Shown here: positions 35,397 to 48,361 of the stretch, piece after piece
Layout of the letters: each line of letters begins with the position of its first letter
Numbering within the stretch: the stretch's first letter is position 1
From: Myxococcota bacterium
Lineage (GTDB): Bacteria > Myxococcota_A > UBA9160 > SZUA-336
NCBI GenBank assembly: GCA_044450765.1
Contig: JBIOJK010000003.1
Location: 19,856-83,855 of the forward strand
Direction: 5' to 3'
DNA: 64,000 bases
The notes under the pieces: model-generated
The model's database searches: none
Told to the model about the DNA's origin: nothing
What the model saw: the letters and a program-made list of their open reading frames with translations, nothing else
Program-made: the position numbers and the translations under genes

Positions 35397-35975
35397 TCAG
35401 ACCGGCTCGAGCGGGCGGTGCGGCTCGCTCGGCAGCTCGATCCCGATCGGGTCGCCCACGCGCACCTCGCCCGCGGAAATCACGATGCCCATCACGCCGG
35501 CCTTGCGAACCAGCGCGCCCGCAGTATCTCGCGCCAGGGTCGCGACCATCAGGCCGGGCGAGATGCCGTCGAGCTGCCCGCACGGATTGCGCAGGCCGGT
35601 CACTTCGACCACCGCGCTCGAGCCCAGGTGCAGCCGCGCACCGGTCGGCAGCGCGAGCAGATACACACCCCGCGTGGGCACGTTCTCGCCCATCTGCCCC
35701 GGCTCGAGCGCGAAGCCGAGCGCGCGCAGCTCGTCGTGCAGCTCGCCGTGGATCAAGTGCACCTGGCGCAGGTTCGCCTGATTCGGGTCGCGCGCCACGC
35801 GCGAGCGAGGCTTCACCGTGACGCCGAGGTGCGCGTCGCCCTCTACGCCGAGCCCCGCGAGCAGGCGCAGCCCGTCGCGCTTCCCCTTCGCCATGCTGTG
35901 ACTCGCGCTGCTGGCGAGCGCCGAGACGATCGCGGCCATCTGCGCAGGATACGGCGTTGTGCGAAGCTCCGGCAA
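35397..35975 (-). CDS. MOSC-domain protein (YiiM-like)
   Basis: MOSC beta-barrel sequence with a conserved Cys (LRNPCGQLDGISPG); 192 aa. Confidence 0.7.
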   Translation of the reverse strand: MPELRTTPYPAQMAAIVSALASSASHSMAKGKRDGLRLLAGLGVEGDAHLGVTVKPRSRVARDPNQANLRQVHLIHGELHDELRALGFALEPGQMGENVPTRGVYLLALPTGARLHLGSSAVVEVTGLRNPCGQLDGISPGLMVATLARDTAGALVRKAGVMGIVISAGEVRVGDPIGIELPSEPHRPLEPV

Positions 35976-36235
35976 TGGAGCGCCTCGGAACCGACACCCA
36001 CCACGCCGACGAGACCCTGGCCCGCTCGCTCGTCAAGACACTCAGCTATCGGGCGTCCGTCCTGGTCCTGGACTTCGGCACGATCTACCTGTTCACGCAC
36101 CGGCTCGAGGTCGCCGTCGGCTTCACGCTGCTGAGCAACGCGTACACGACGATCGCGTACCTGGTGCATGAGCGCGTCTGGGACCGGATCACGTGGGGCC
36201 GGCGGATCTTCGCGCGCGCCGGCGCGCGGGCTTAA
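35975..36235 (+). CDS. Small DUF2061-like membrane protein
   Basis: About 86 aa with two predicted TM helices (LSYRASVLVLDFGTIYLFT...FTLLSNAYTTIAYLVHERVWDRI). Confidence 0.4.
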   Translation: MERLGTDTHHADETLARSLVKTLSYRASVLVLDFGTIYLFTHRLEVAVGFTLLSNAYTTIAYLVHERVWDRITWGRRIFARAGARA

Positions 36236-36250
36236 CCGCACGCGAGCGGC

Positions 36251-37087
36251 TCAGCCCCGCGCGGGACTCGACGATCTCGCCGCGCCGGCGCGGGCCGCCG
36301 CGCGGCACAGGCCGAGGCCGACCGCCGTGAGCAGCGCGGCTCCAGCGACCCAGATCGCCGGCGTGTGAGCTCCGCCCGCGTCGAAGCCGGCGAGGCCGAA
36401 GACCTGGTAATTCGCGCAGATCTGTACGGCGCCCCAGAGACTGCTCAGCGCCAGCACGGGCCACAGCGAGCCGGCGGACTGGCGCAGGATGCAGAGGATC
36501 AGCGCGTTCAGCAGCGCCGGAACGAGCGCCCACAGCCCGAGCGCCGTGACGGCGGGCAGAAAAGCGCTCGCGAAGCCGGAGAGCAGCGCGCTCAGGATCA
36601 CCCCGGGGATGACACCGATCCGTGTCGTCGCGATCGGCTGCAGCACGCCTCGGAAGAACACGTCGTAGACGAGCGGGAAGACGCCGATCTGCACGAGCGC
36701 GAGCGCAGCTCCGAAGTACGGCGGCACCTCCGGAAGCTGCGCCGGCATCAGCGGCGGCGGCAGCAAGCTCTTCACCACGTTGTCGATCTCGCTCGTGACG
36801 ACCACCGAGGCCGCGAGAAAGAGAACCGCGAGCCACGCGCTCGCGGGCGCGGTCACGAACGCGAGCTGGCGGGACGGCGGCAGGCGGAAGCGCGATGCGC
36901 ACAGCGCGAAGAGGCCGCCGTAAGTCACGAGCGCGCCCATGCCCATCGCCGAGATGATCAGCCGCATGCCGATCTGGCCCAGCAGGATCACCCACAGCAA
37001 GTGACCGAGCGGCGCGAGCAGCGCGAGCACGAAGACGAACTCGAGTGACAGCGGCGGACGCGGCTCGGGATCCTGCTCGGGAATCAT
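36251..37087 (-). CDS. CPBP/Abi-like polytopic membrane protein (degenerate CAAX-protease motifs)
   Basis: 278 aa and highly hydrophobic, with a YDVFFRG motif-1-like element. Its ATG overlaps the uvrA stop. Confidence 0.5.
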   Translation of the reverse strand: MIPEQDPEPRPPLSLEFVFVLALLAPLGHLLWVILLGQIGMRLIISAMGMGALVTYGGLFALCASRFRLPPSRQLAFVTAPASAWLAVLFLAASVVVTSEIDNVVKSLLPPPLMPAQLPEVPPYFGAALALVQIGVFPLVYDVFFRGVLQPIATTRIGVIPGVILSALLSGFASAFLPAVTALGLWALVPALLNALILCILRQSAGSLWPVLALSSLWGAVQICANYQVFGLAGFDAGGAHTPAIWVAGAALLTAVGLGLCRAAARAGAARSSSPARG

Positions 37088-39915
37088 GACGCGAACAGAA
37101 TCGGCCGCAGCGACTGTCCGGTGTAGGACAGCGGGTTGTTGGCGACCTCTTCGGGCGTGCCCGTGGCGACGATCTCGCCGCCCTTGTCGCCGCCCTCGGG
37201 ACCCAGGTCGATCAGGTAGTCGGCGGTCTTGATCACGTCGAGGTTGTGCTCGATCACGACCACCGTGTTGCCGCGCTCGACCAGCTTCCTCAGCACGTCG
37301 AGCAGCTTCTCGACGTCGGCGAAGTGCAGCCCGGTCGTCGGCTCGTCGAGGATGTACATCGTGCGCCCGGTTGCGCGCTTCGAGAGCTCCTTGGCGAGCT
37401 TGATGCGCTGCGCCTCGCCGCCCGAAAGCGTGGTCGCCTGCTGGCCCAGGTGCACGTAGCCGAGGCCGACCTCGGCGAGGGTCTGCAGGCCGGGGCGAAC
37501 CGTCGGGATGTGCTCGAGGAACTCGAGCGCCTCGTCGACCGTCATCTCGAGCACGTCGGCGATCGACTTGCCCTTGTACTTCACCTCGAGCGTCTGCGGG
37601 TTGTAGCGCTTGCCCTGACACTCTTCGCAGGTCACATAGACGTCGGGCAGGAAGTGCATCTCGATGCGCAGGATGCCGTCGCCCTGGCAGGCCTCGCAGC
37701 GCCCGCCCTTCACGTTGAACGAGAAGCGCCCGGGCTGATAGCCGCGCTGGCGTGACTCGGGCAGCTGCGTGAACAGCTCGCGGATTCCCGTGAAGATGCC
37801 GGTGTAAGTCGCCGGATTCGACCGCGACGTGCGGCCGATCGGGTCCTGCGACACGTCGATCACCTTGTCCAGGTGCGGCAGCCCGTCGACCCGCTTGTGT
37901 CTGCCGGCCTTCTCCTTCGCGTCGAAGAGCTTGTGCGCCAGCGCGCGGTACAGCGTGTCGTTCACCAGAGTCGACTTGCCGCTGCCCGACACACCGGTCA
38001 CGACGGTGAGCACGCCGAGCGGGAAGCGCACCGTGACGTCGCGCAAGTTGTTCGCGGACGCGCCCACGATGGTCACGAACTTGTCCGAGCCCGGGCGGCG
38101 CAGCTTCGGCACCGCGATCGAGCGCTTGCCCGACAGGAACTGGCCGGTGAGCGAGCGCGGCTCCTTCTCGATGTCGCTCGGCGCGCCCTCCGCGACGACT
38201 TCGCCGCCGTGGCGCCCGGCGCCGGGACCCAGGTCGATCACCCAATCGGACGCGCGAATCGTCTCCTCGTCGTGCTCGACCACGATCACGGTATTGCCCG
38301 TGTCTCGCAGCGAGATCAGGGTGCGCAGCAGCCGGCTGTTGTCCCGCGCGTGCAGACCGATCGACGGCTCGTCCAGGATGTACAGGACCCCGGCGAGCGC
38401 CGAGCCCACCTGGGTCGCCAGCCGGATGCGCTGGCTCTCGCCGCCCGACAGCGTCGCGGCCGTGCGCTCGAGGGTCAGATACTCGAGCCCGACGTTGCAC
38501 AGGAACGTGAGGCGCTCGCGGATCTCGCGCATCAGCCGCTCGGCGATCGCGAGCTCCTGCTTACCGAGCTTCAGCTTCTCGAAGTGCTCCACGGCCTGCG
38601 CGACCGAAAGCTTGCCGACGGCCGGCAGACTGACTCCCGCGACCAGCACCGAGCGGGCTTCCGGGCGCAGCCGCGCGCCCTGGCACGCCTCGCACGCGCT
38701 GTTGCTCATGTACTCGCGCAGGCCCTCGCGCACGAGATCGCTCTCGCTCTCGCGGTAGCGCTTGTCGAGCAGGCCGATCACGCCCGACCACTGGCGGTCG
38801 AAGCTCCACTTGCGGCTGCGGCCGAAGCGGAAGGTCACTTTCTCGTCGGTGCCGGAGAGAATCTGCGCGCGCGCTTCGGGCGCGAGCTTCTTCCACGGCG
38901 TGTCGAGCGAGAAGCCGTAGTGCGCGGACAGCGAGCGCAGCATCGACGTGTAGTATCTCGTCGCGTGGCCGCGCCCCTTGAACGGCGCGATCGCGCCGTC
39001 CTCGAGCGACACGTTCGGGTCGGGCACGAGCAGCTCGGGATCGAAGAAGTCCTTGGTGCCGAGCCCGTCGCAGCCCGGGCACGCGCCCTGCGGGCTGTTG
39101 AACGAGAACAGCCGCGGATTGATCTCCGGGAAGCTCGAGCCGCAGTCCATGCACGCCGCGAGCTCGGAGAAGAGCACCTCCTCGCCGCCCGGTCCGATGT
39201 CGACCTTCGCGAAGCCCTGACTCGCCCGCAGCGCGGTCTCGAGCGAGTCGGCCAGGCGCTGAGTCACATCGCTGCGGATCACGAGGCGATCGACGACCAG
39301 GTCGATGTCGTGCCGCTTCTTGCGGTCGAGCTCGGGCGCTTCGTCGAGCTGATGGTCCTTCCCGTCGATGCGCACGCGCACGAAGCCCTGGCGCTGGAAC
39401 TCGCGCAGCTCCTTCCGGTATTCGCCCTTGCGCCCGCGAACCACCGGAGACAGCACCTGGATGCGGGTACCGTCGGGCAGCGACTGCACGCGCTCGCACA
39501 TCTGCTTCACGGTCTGCGCCTGGATCGGCTTGCCGCAGTTCACGCAGTGGGGCACGCCGACGCGCGCGTAGAGCAGGCGCAGATAGTCGTAGATCTCGGT
39601 GACGGTTCCGACGGTGGAACGCGGGTTCCGGCTGGTGGTCTTCTGCTCGATCGAGATCGCCGGCGAGAGCCCCTCGATCGAGTCGACCTCCGGCTTCTTC
39701 ATCTGGTCGAGGAACTGACGCGCGTAGGCGGAGAGACTCTCGACGTAGCGGCGCTGCCCCTCGGCGTAGAGCGTGTCGAAGGCGAGCGACGACTTGCCGG
39801 AGCCCGACAGCCCCGTGAAGCAGACCAGCTTGTTGCGCGGGATGCGCACGTCGATCGACTTCAGGTTGTGCTCGGCCGCACCCCGAACCACGATCTCGTT
39901 GGGTTCCGTGCTCAC
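37084..39915 (-). CDS. uvrA: Excinuclease ABC subunit A
   Basis: Two ABC ATPase modules and zinc-finger cysteines ([16 protein letters not shown]); 943 aa. Confidence 0.95.
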   Translation of the reverse strand: MSTEPNEIVVRGAAEHNLKSIDVRIPRNKLVCFTGLSGSGKSSLAFDTLYAEGQRRYVESLSAYARQFLDQMKKPEVDSIEGLSPAISIEQKTTSRNPRSTVGTVTEIYDYLRLLYARVGVPHCVNCGKPIQAQTVKQMCERVQSLPDGTRIQVLSPVVRGRKGEYRKELREFQRQGFVRVRIDGKDHQLDEAPELDRKKRHDIDLVVDRLVIRSDVTQRLADSLETALRASQGFAKVDIGPGGEEVLFSELAACMDCGSSFPEINPRLFSFNSPQGACPGCDGLGTKDFFDPELLVPDPNVSLEDGAIAPFKGRGHATRYYTSMLRSLSAHYGFSLDTPWKKLAPEARAQILSGTDEKVTFRFGRSRKWSFDRQWSGVIGLLDKRYRESESDLVREGLREYMSNSACEACQGARLRPEARSVLVAGVSLPAVGKLSVAQAVEHFEKLKLGKQELAIAERLMREIRERLTFLCNVGLEYLTLERTAATLSGGESQRIRLATQVGSALAGVLYILDEPSIGLHARDNSRLLRTLISLRDTGNTVIVVEHDEETIRASDWVIDLGPGAGRHGGEVVAEGAPSDIEKEPRSLTGQFLSGKRSIAVPKLRRPGSDKFVTIVGASANNLRDVTVRFPLGVLTVVTGVSGSGKSTLVNDTLYRALAHKLFDAKEKAGRHKRVDGLPHLDKVIDVSQDPIGRTSRSNPATYTGIFTGIRELFTQLPESRQRGYQPGRFSFNVKGGRCEACQGDGILRIEMHFLPDVYVTCEECQGKRYNPQTLEVKYKGKSIADVLEMTVDEALEFLEHIPTVRPGLQTLAEVGLGYVHLGQQATTLSGGEAQRIKLAKELSKRATGRTMYILDEPTTGLHFADVEKLLDVLRKLVERGNTVVVIEHNLDVIKTADYLIDLGPEGGDKGGEIVATGTPEEVANNPLSYTGQSLRPILFAS

Positions 39916-40874
39916 TCTCTCTTGCCCCCCCGCTCGTTCCGCGAAAGCTCGACCGCCAATCTTACCGCCTCGATCATCGAGCTTGCGTCCGCCTTGCCCT
40001 GGCCCGCGATGTCGAACGCGGTTCCGTGATCGACGCTGGTGCGCACGAGCGGCAGGCCGAGGGTCACGTTCACGGCCTGCCCGAACGCGTGCGTCTTGAG
40101 AGGCGCGAGACCCTGGTCGTGATACATCGCGAGCACGGCGTCGAACTCGCCCGCCAGCGCGCGGTGGAACAGGCTGTCGCCCGCGAACGGACCGCGGGCG
40201 TCGATTCCGCGCGCGCGCCCGTCCGCCACGGCGGGCGCGATGGCGCGCGCCTCCTCGTCGCCGAAGCGGCCGCCTTCGCCGGCGTGCGGATTCAGCCCGC
40301 AGACGCCGATCCGCGGCGAGCGCAGGCCGAAGCGCGCAGCGAGGTCGCGCTGCATGACTTCCAGCACCTCGAGCAGCCCGGCCCGAGTGATTCGCTCCGG
40401 CACCTCGCGCAGCGCGCAGTGAATCGTCGCGAGCGCAACGCGCAGACCGCGCCCGACGAGCAGCATGACCGCGCGCCCGCTCCCCGCGATCTCTTCCAGC
40501 AGCTCGGTGTGGCCCGGATAGCTGAAGCCGCCGGCGCCGATGATCTCTTTCGACAAGGGCGCGGTCGCCATCGCGTCGAGCTCGCCCGCGAGGCAGTCGC
40601 GCGCGGCTGCCTTCACGGCGTCGACGATCCCGCGCGCCGCGGCCGCCAGCGGCCGGCCGGGCTCGACGCGCGCGCTCGCGAAGGCACGCGCAGTCGCCTG
40701 CGCGAGCGAGCCGCCTGCGCGAGTCACCGCCTCGACGTCGCCGTAGACGCGGAGCTCCACGGCCTCGGCCGCGAAAGCGCGCAGCGCGGCCGCGACCACC
40801 TCGGGCCCGATCCCTGCGGGATCGCCGACGGTGATGCCGATGCGCGGGCGGGGGGTGCGGGGGCGTTCGCTCAA
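39912..40874 (-). CDS. pdxA: 4-hydroxythreonine-4-phosphate dehydrogenase
   Basis: PdxA N-terminal motif ([15 protein letters not shown]). Start reset to a TTG that overlaps the surA-like stop (TTGA). Confidence 0.8.
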   Translation of the reverse strand: MSERPRTPRPRIGITVGDPAGIGPEVVAAALRAFAAEAVELRVYGDVEAVTRAGGSLAQATARAFASARVEPGRPLAAAARGIVDAVKAAARDCLAGELDAMATAPLSKEIIGAGGFSYPGHTELLEEIAGSGRAVMLLVGRGLRVALATIHCALREVPERITRAGLLEVLEVMQRDLAARFGLRSPRIGVCGLNPHAGEGGRFGDEEARAIAPAVADGRARGIDARGPFAGDSLFHRALAGEFDAVLAMYHDQGLAPLKTHAFGQAVNVTLGLPLVRTSVDHGTAFDIAGQGKADASSMIEAVRLAVELSRNERGGKRE

Positions 40875-41836
40875 CGAAGCTCCGGTGCGACCACCTCGAT
40901 ATAGCGGGCCTTTCGCACGTCGGCGATCCACTTCTCGAACGCCGGCATGGTCTGCTGCTCCATCAGCTCGGCGCGCAGCCGGTCGGCGACCTTCTCGTAC
41001 GGCACGTCAGCGGGGTCGAAGCTGTCGAGGTACTGAAACAGATTCTCGCCGTGCGCGGTCTCGATCACCCCGCTGATCTCGCCCGGCTTCAAGCCGGAGA
41101 TCGCGTTCTTGATGTCGGGAGGCGCGTCCTGCTCGCGGAACACGGTCAGCCCGCCTTGCGCCGCGGTCGGCGCCGCGGAGTACTTGCGCGCGAGCGCCGC
41201 GAAGTCGCCGCTCTCGCGCGCCTTCGCCCGGAGCTGCTCCGTCAGCTCCTTCGCCTCGGCGCGCTTCGCCGCCGGCGCGTCCGGCGCCACCGGAATCAGG
41301 ATGTGCAGGACGCGGATTCGCAATCCCGGCTTTGCGTTGCCGTAGCGCTCGTCGTAGAGCTTCCGCACGTCTTCCTCGCTGACGTGCACTTTCCCCTGGA
41401 CCGCGCCCTGGACGATCTTCATGCGTGTGACCTGGCGGCCCAGCTGCTCGCGGTAGGTCTTGCGGTCGAGACCTTGCTTCAGGGCCGCCGCGTAGATGTC
41501 GTCGACCTTGACCCCGGAGTCCTGCGCGATGTTCGCCACGGACTCGTCGATCTCCTCCTCGCTCGCGGTCAGGTTCTGCTTCTTCGCGAGCTGCAGGACG
41601 ATCTTCTCGTCGATCAGCGTCTGCAGCGCGGTGTTCCGCAGCTCGAGCGCCTCTTCCTGACTCAGTGACTCGCCCCGCTCGCGCACGCGGTTGACGTAGC
41701 CGTGCCAGGCTTCGCGCACCTCGGACAGCAGAATCACCTCGTCGCCGACGATCGCCGCGACCCCGTCCACGACCTCGGCGCGCGCCGCCGGCGCCCAGGC
41801 CAAGCCGGCCAGCAGCAGGGCGATCGCTCTCTTCAT
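40871..41836 (-). CDS. surA: SurA-like periplasmic chaperone / parvulin PPIase
   Basis: Signal peptide ([20 protein letters not shown]), a SurA N-terminal chaperone domain and a single PpiC domain. Confidence 0.8.
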   Translation of the reverse strand: MKRAIALLLAGLAWAPAARAEVVDGVAAIVGDEVILLSEVREAWHGYVNRVRERGESLSQEEALELRNTALQTLIDEKIVLQLAKKQNLTASEEEIDESVANIAQDSGVKVDDIYAAALKQGLDRKTYREQLGRQVTRMKIVQGAVQGKVHVSEEDVRKLYDERYGNAKPGLRIRVLHILIPVAPDAPAAKRAEAKELTEQLRAKARESGDFAALARKYSAAPTAAQGGLTVFREQDAPPDIKNAISGLKPGEISGVIETAHGENLFQYLDSFDPADVPYEKVADRLRAELMEQQTMPAFEKWIADVRKARYIEVVAPELR

Positions 41837-42704
41837 CGCAGGCTCTCCAGCACGCGGTCGTTCACGCGGATCTCGGCGTTCTTGCGCAGGCCCCGCACCC
41901 ACTCGCGCCGCAGGTCCTCGAGCGTCTGCTCCCCGAGCACGAGGGCGATCTTCTCGCGCACCTCGTCGAAGGTCGCATCGTGCGCCGGCAGTCTGCTCTC
42001 GACGCGAAACAGATGAAAGCCGTAGGGAGACTCGATCACCGGCGACAGGACGCCCACTTCGAGCTCGAACGCGCGGTCGAACGCCTCGGGCATGTCGCCC
42101 TTCGCGAACGGCGGTAGCAAACCGCCGTCCGAGGCCTCGGGACCGATGCTGTTCGCGCGCGCCAGCTCGGCGAAGTCGGCACCGGCCAGGAGCTGCGTGC
42201 GCAGCGCCTCGGCCTTGGGCCGCTCCGCGACGACGATCTGCCGGATCTGAACGCGCGCCGGAGTCGCGTACTCGGCTCGGTGCTCCTCGAAGTAGGCGCG
42301 CTGCGCGCTCTCGGGGGCGCGCGCCCGGGCACCCAGCTCGGCCAGCGCGGTGCGCTCCAGGATCATCTCGCGCCGGACCGACTCGCGATAGCGCGGGTCC
42401 GGATCCTTCCAGCTCTCGCCGTGCAGCTCGCGCAGGCGCGCGTCGACGTCTTCCATCGAGACGTCGACGCCTCGCTTCTTCGCGTAGTTCAACACGACCT
42501 GGTCCGACACGAGCCGCTGCAGGACGTCGGTCGCGACGTCCTCGCGCTTGGCGTCGGGATTGTCTTCCATGCGCTGGTCGACCTGGCGGCGCAGCTCCGC
42601 GGCGGGGACCTGAACGCCGTCGACCTCGGCAGCCCAGGCGTCGCTGTCCGAGCGCGAGCCACAGCCGGCGGCCAGCAATGCGATCAGCAGCGCGACGGCG
42701 CTCT

Positions 42705-42708
<4 letters not shown>
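41833..42708 (-). CDS. PpiC-type peptidyl-prolyl isomerase lipoprotein (PrsA/SurA-like)
   Basis: Lipobox (LLAAGC) and a C-terminal parvulin domain (GFHLFRVE). Its ATG overlaps the mfd stop. Confidence 0.75.
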
Positions 42709-46214
<3,506 letters not shown>

Positions 46215-46354
46215 AAGTCGCTCTCCGGCGATTAAATGCGGAAAGGCCCGCCCCCCGAGATGACCCCGGGGGGTGGACGCGTTGCGATTGGGGGACGGAG
46301 TATAGGGAATGTCGGGTCGCGGGCCGCCCCGAAGGCGAAGCCGCGGGCAGCGGC

Positions 46355-46360
46355 TATAAT
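46355..46360 (+). promoter_or_regulatory. Perfect TATAAT -10 hexamer upstream of rplC
   Basis: GGCTATAATG sits 27 nt upstream of the rplC ATG in otherwise very GC-rich DNA. No good -35 was found. Confidence 0.35.
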
Positions 46361-46387
46361 GCGCCCCCCCTCCGCGAAGGATCCGCC

Positions 46388-47026
46388 ATGAGCCTGGAAT
46401 TGATCGGCCGGAAGCTCGGCATGACCCAGATCTTCACCGACTCCGGCGACCGCGTGCCGGTCACCGTGATCGAGGCCGGCCCCTGCACCGTCGTGCAGAA
46501 GAAGTCGGACGAGACGGACGGTTACTGCGCGCTGCAGCTCGGCTTCGCGGAGAAGAAGGCCAAGCACACGCCCAAAGCCATGCAGGGTCACTTCGCCAAG
46601 GCCAAGACCACCGCGAAGCGCGTGCTGGTCGAGGTTGCGGTCGAGGCGAAGGAGCTCGCGAGCTACGAGGTCGGCCAGCAGGTCACCTGCGAGGGTTACA
46701 AGCCCGGCGAGTTCGTCGACGTCACCGGCACGACCAAGGGCCGCGGCTTCACGGGCGTCGTGAAGCGGCACGGCTTTCCGACGCGCAGTGACACGCACGG
46801 CAACCACGAGTCGTTCCGCCACGGCGGTGCGGTCTCGTCCGGCACGTTCCCGGGTCGCATCAAGAAGGGCCTGCGCATGGCGGGTCACTCGGGAAACGCG
46901 CGAGTGACCCAGCTGAATCTGCGGGTCGAGAAGGTCGAGCCGGAGCGGAACCTGATCTATGTGCGCGGCGCGGTGCCCGGGCGCGCCGACGGCTTCATCT
47001 GCATCCGGCCGACGGTGAAGGGCTAG
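46388..47026 (+). CDS. rplC: 50S ribosomal protein L3, stand-alone gene outside an S10 operon
   Basis: 212-aa bona fide L3 (GMTQIF, GYKPGEFVDVTGTTKGRGFTG, MAGHSGN); GAAGGA RBS. Confidence 0.9.
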   Translation: MSLELIGRKLGMTQIFTDSGDRVPVTVIEAGPCTVVQKKSDETDGYCALQLGFAEKKAKHTPKAMQGHFAKAKTTAKRVLVEVAVEAKELASYEVGQQVTCEGYKPGEFVDVTGTTKGRGFTGVVKRHGFPTRSDTHGNHESFRHGGAVSSGTFPGRIKKGLRMAGHSGNARVTQLNLRVEKVEPERNLIYVRGAVPGRADGFICIRPTVKG

Positions 47027-47628
47027 CGCCGACGGCGCGCTACGACCGCAAGGACGCCTTCTACCGGCGCGCCAAGGACGAGGGCCGCCGCTCGCGCGCG
47101 GCCTTCAAGCTCGAGGACCTGCTGCGCCGCGCGCCGTCGCTGGCCCGGAACGCGGCCGTCCTCGATCTCGGCTGCTGGCCCGGCGGGTGGCTCGAAGTCT
47201 TGGCGCAGCGCATCGGTCCCGAGGGCCGCATCGTCGGCGTCGATCTCCAGCCGACCGACCCCGTGGCCGCCGCGCAGGTCCGGATCCTGACGCTCGACAT
47301 GTGCGCGCCCGAGTCACTCGAGCCGATTCGCGCGGCGCTCGGCCGGCCGGCAGACGCCGTCCTGTGCGACGCGTCGCCCAAGCTCACCGGCGTGCGCGAC
47401 GTGGACCTCGCCGCGATCGACGAGATCTACGCTGCGGCCCTCTCGATCGCGCGCGCGCTGCTCCGTCCGCGCGGCTTCCTGATCGTGAAGGGCTTCCCCG
47501 GGCAAGAGAGCGATCTCTTCCGCAAGGAGCTGAAGCGCCACTTCGCCGACGTGCACGAGATCCGCCCCGAGGGCAAGCGCACCACGTCGAAGGAGTTCTA
47601 CTGGGTCGCTTGCCAGCGCCGCGGATGA
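46999..47628 (+). CDS. rlmE: 23S rRNA Um2552 2'-O-methyltransferase RlmE/FtsJ; start unresolved, possibly a CTG at 46999
   Basis: The conserved N-terminus (AFYRRAKDEGRRSRAAFKLEDL...LDLGCWPGGW) lies upstream of the first canonical in-frame start, a TTG at 47200. A CTG at 46999 would give a 209-aa protein. Confidence 0.6.
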   Translation: MHPADGEGLAPTARYDRKDAFYRRAKDEGRRSRAAFKLEDLLRRAPSLARNAAVLDLGCWPGGWLEVLAQRIGPEGRIVGVDLQPTDPVAAAQVRILTLDMCAPESLEPIRAALGRPADAVLCDASPKLTGVRDVDLAAIDEIYAAALSIARALLRPRGFLIVKGFPGQESDLFRKELKRHFADVHEIRPEGKRTTSKEFYWVACQRRG

Positions 47629-47631
47629 CTC

Positions 47632-48330
47632 CTAGAGCTTGAGCCACGCGAAGCCGCTGCGCAGCGCTTCGCGGCCGCCCTTCTCGAGGATCTCGCCGTG
47701 CGCGACGGTGACTCGCTCGAACTCCCAGGCGAGAATCCGGTCGAGCGACGCGCGCGCGCTTCGCCGGTCCTTCAGAACCGCGAAGCGGAAGATGCGCGAG
47801 GGGCCGAAGCGGCCGAAGGCGCCGTTCACGCGCATGAACAGCCGAGTCGGCGCGCTGGCCGACTCGCGCACGTTGAAGCACAGGTCGAGACACAGCAGCG
47901 TGCGGCTCGCCCGGTGCAGGAACACGACCTCGTTCAAGCTCGGAGCGCCGCGCACGAGCAGCTGATCCAGGTCGGCCGCCCAAAGGTCCGGCGCCCGATC
48001 GGCGAGCACCTCGTCCACGCGCACGTCGCCGAGCTTCTCGCGCAGGCCGGGCGCGCCGAAGACGCGCGCGTGCGGGTACGCGGCGATGTTCTCGCGCAGG
48101 AACATGTGATGCAGCAGATTCGGCGCGATCAGAGCGCGCACGGGCCCGAGTGAGTCGATCGCGCGGCGCACATCGTCGTCCAGCGGCCCCGGGGTGTGCA
48201 CGGCGACACCTCCGCCCGAGAGCCGGACCGCACAGCAGCGCGTCCCGAGCTCGAGGCCGCCCGGCAGGCGCAGCGGGTGGTCGATCGCGATCAGGTCGGG
48301 GTGCAGGCGGTGGACGTGGGTCACTGCCAC
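47632..48330 (-). CDS. DUF4336-like protein (metallo-beta-lactamase-like fold); start uncertain
   Basis: C-terminal roughly 230 aa of the 47632..48486 ORF (IAIDHPLRLPGGLELGTR...APNLLHHMF...). Confidence 0.55.
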   Translation of the reverse strand: MAVTHVHRLHPDLIAIDHPLRLPGGLELGTRCCAVRLSGGGVAVHTPGPLDDDVRRAIDSLGPVRALIAPNLLHHMFLRENIAAYPHARVFGAPGLREKLGDVRVDEVLADRAPDLWAADLDQLLVRGAPSLNEVVFLHRASRTLLCLDLCFNVRESASAPTRLFMRVNGAFGRFGPSRIFRFAVLKDRRSARASLDRILAWEFERVTVAHGEILEKGGREALRSGFAWLKL

Positions 48331-48361
48331 GGCTCTTGAAGCTAAGCGTAGAATCGGCGGC

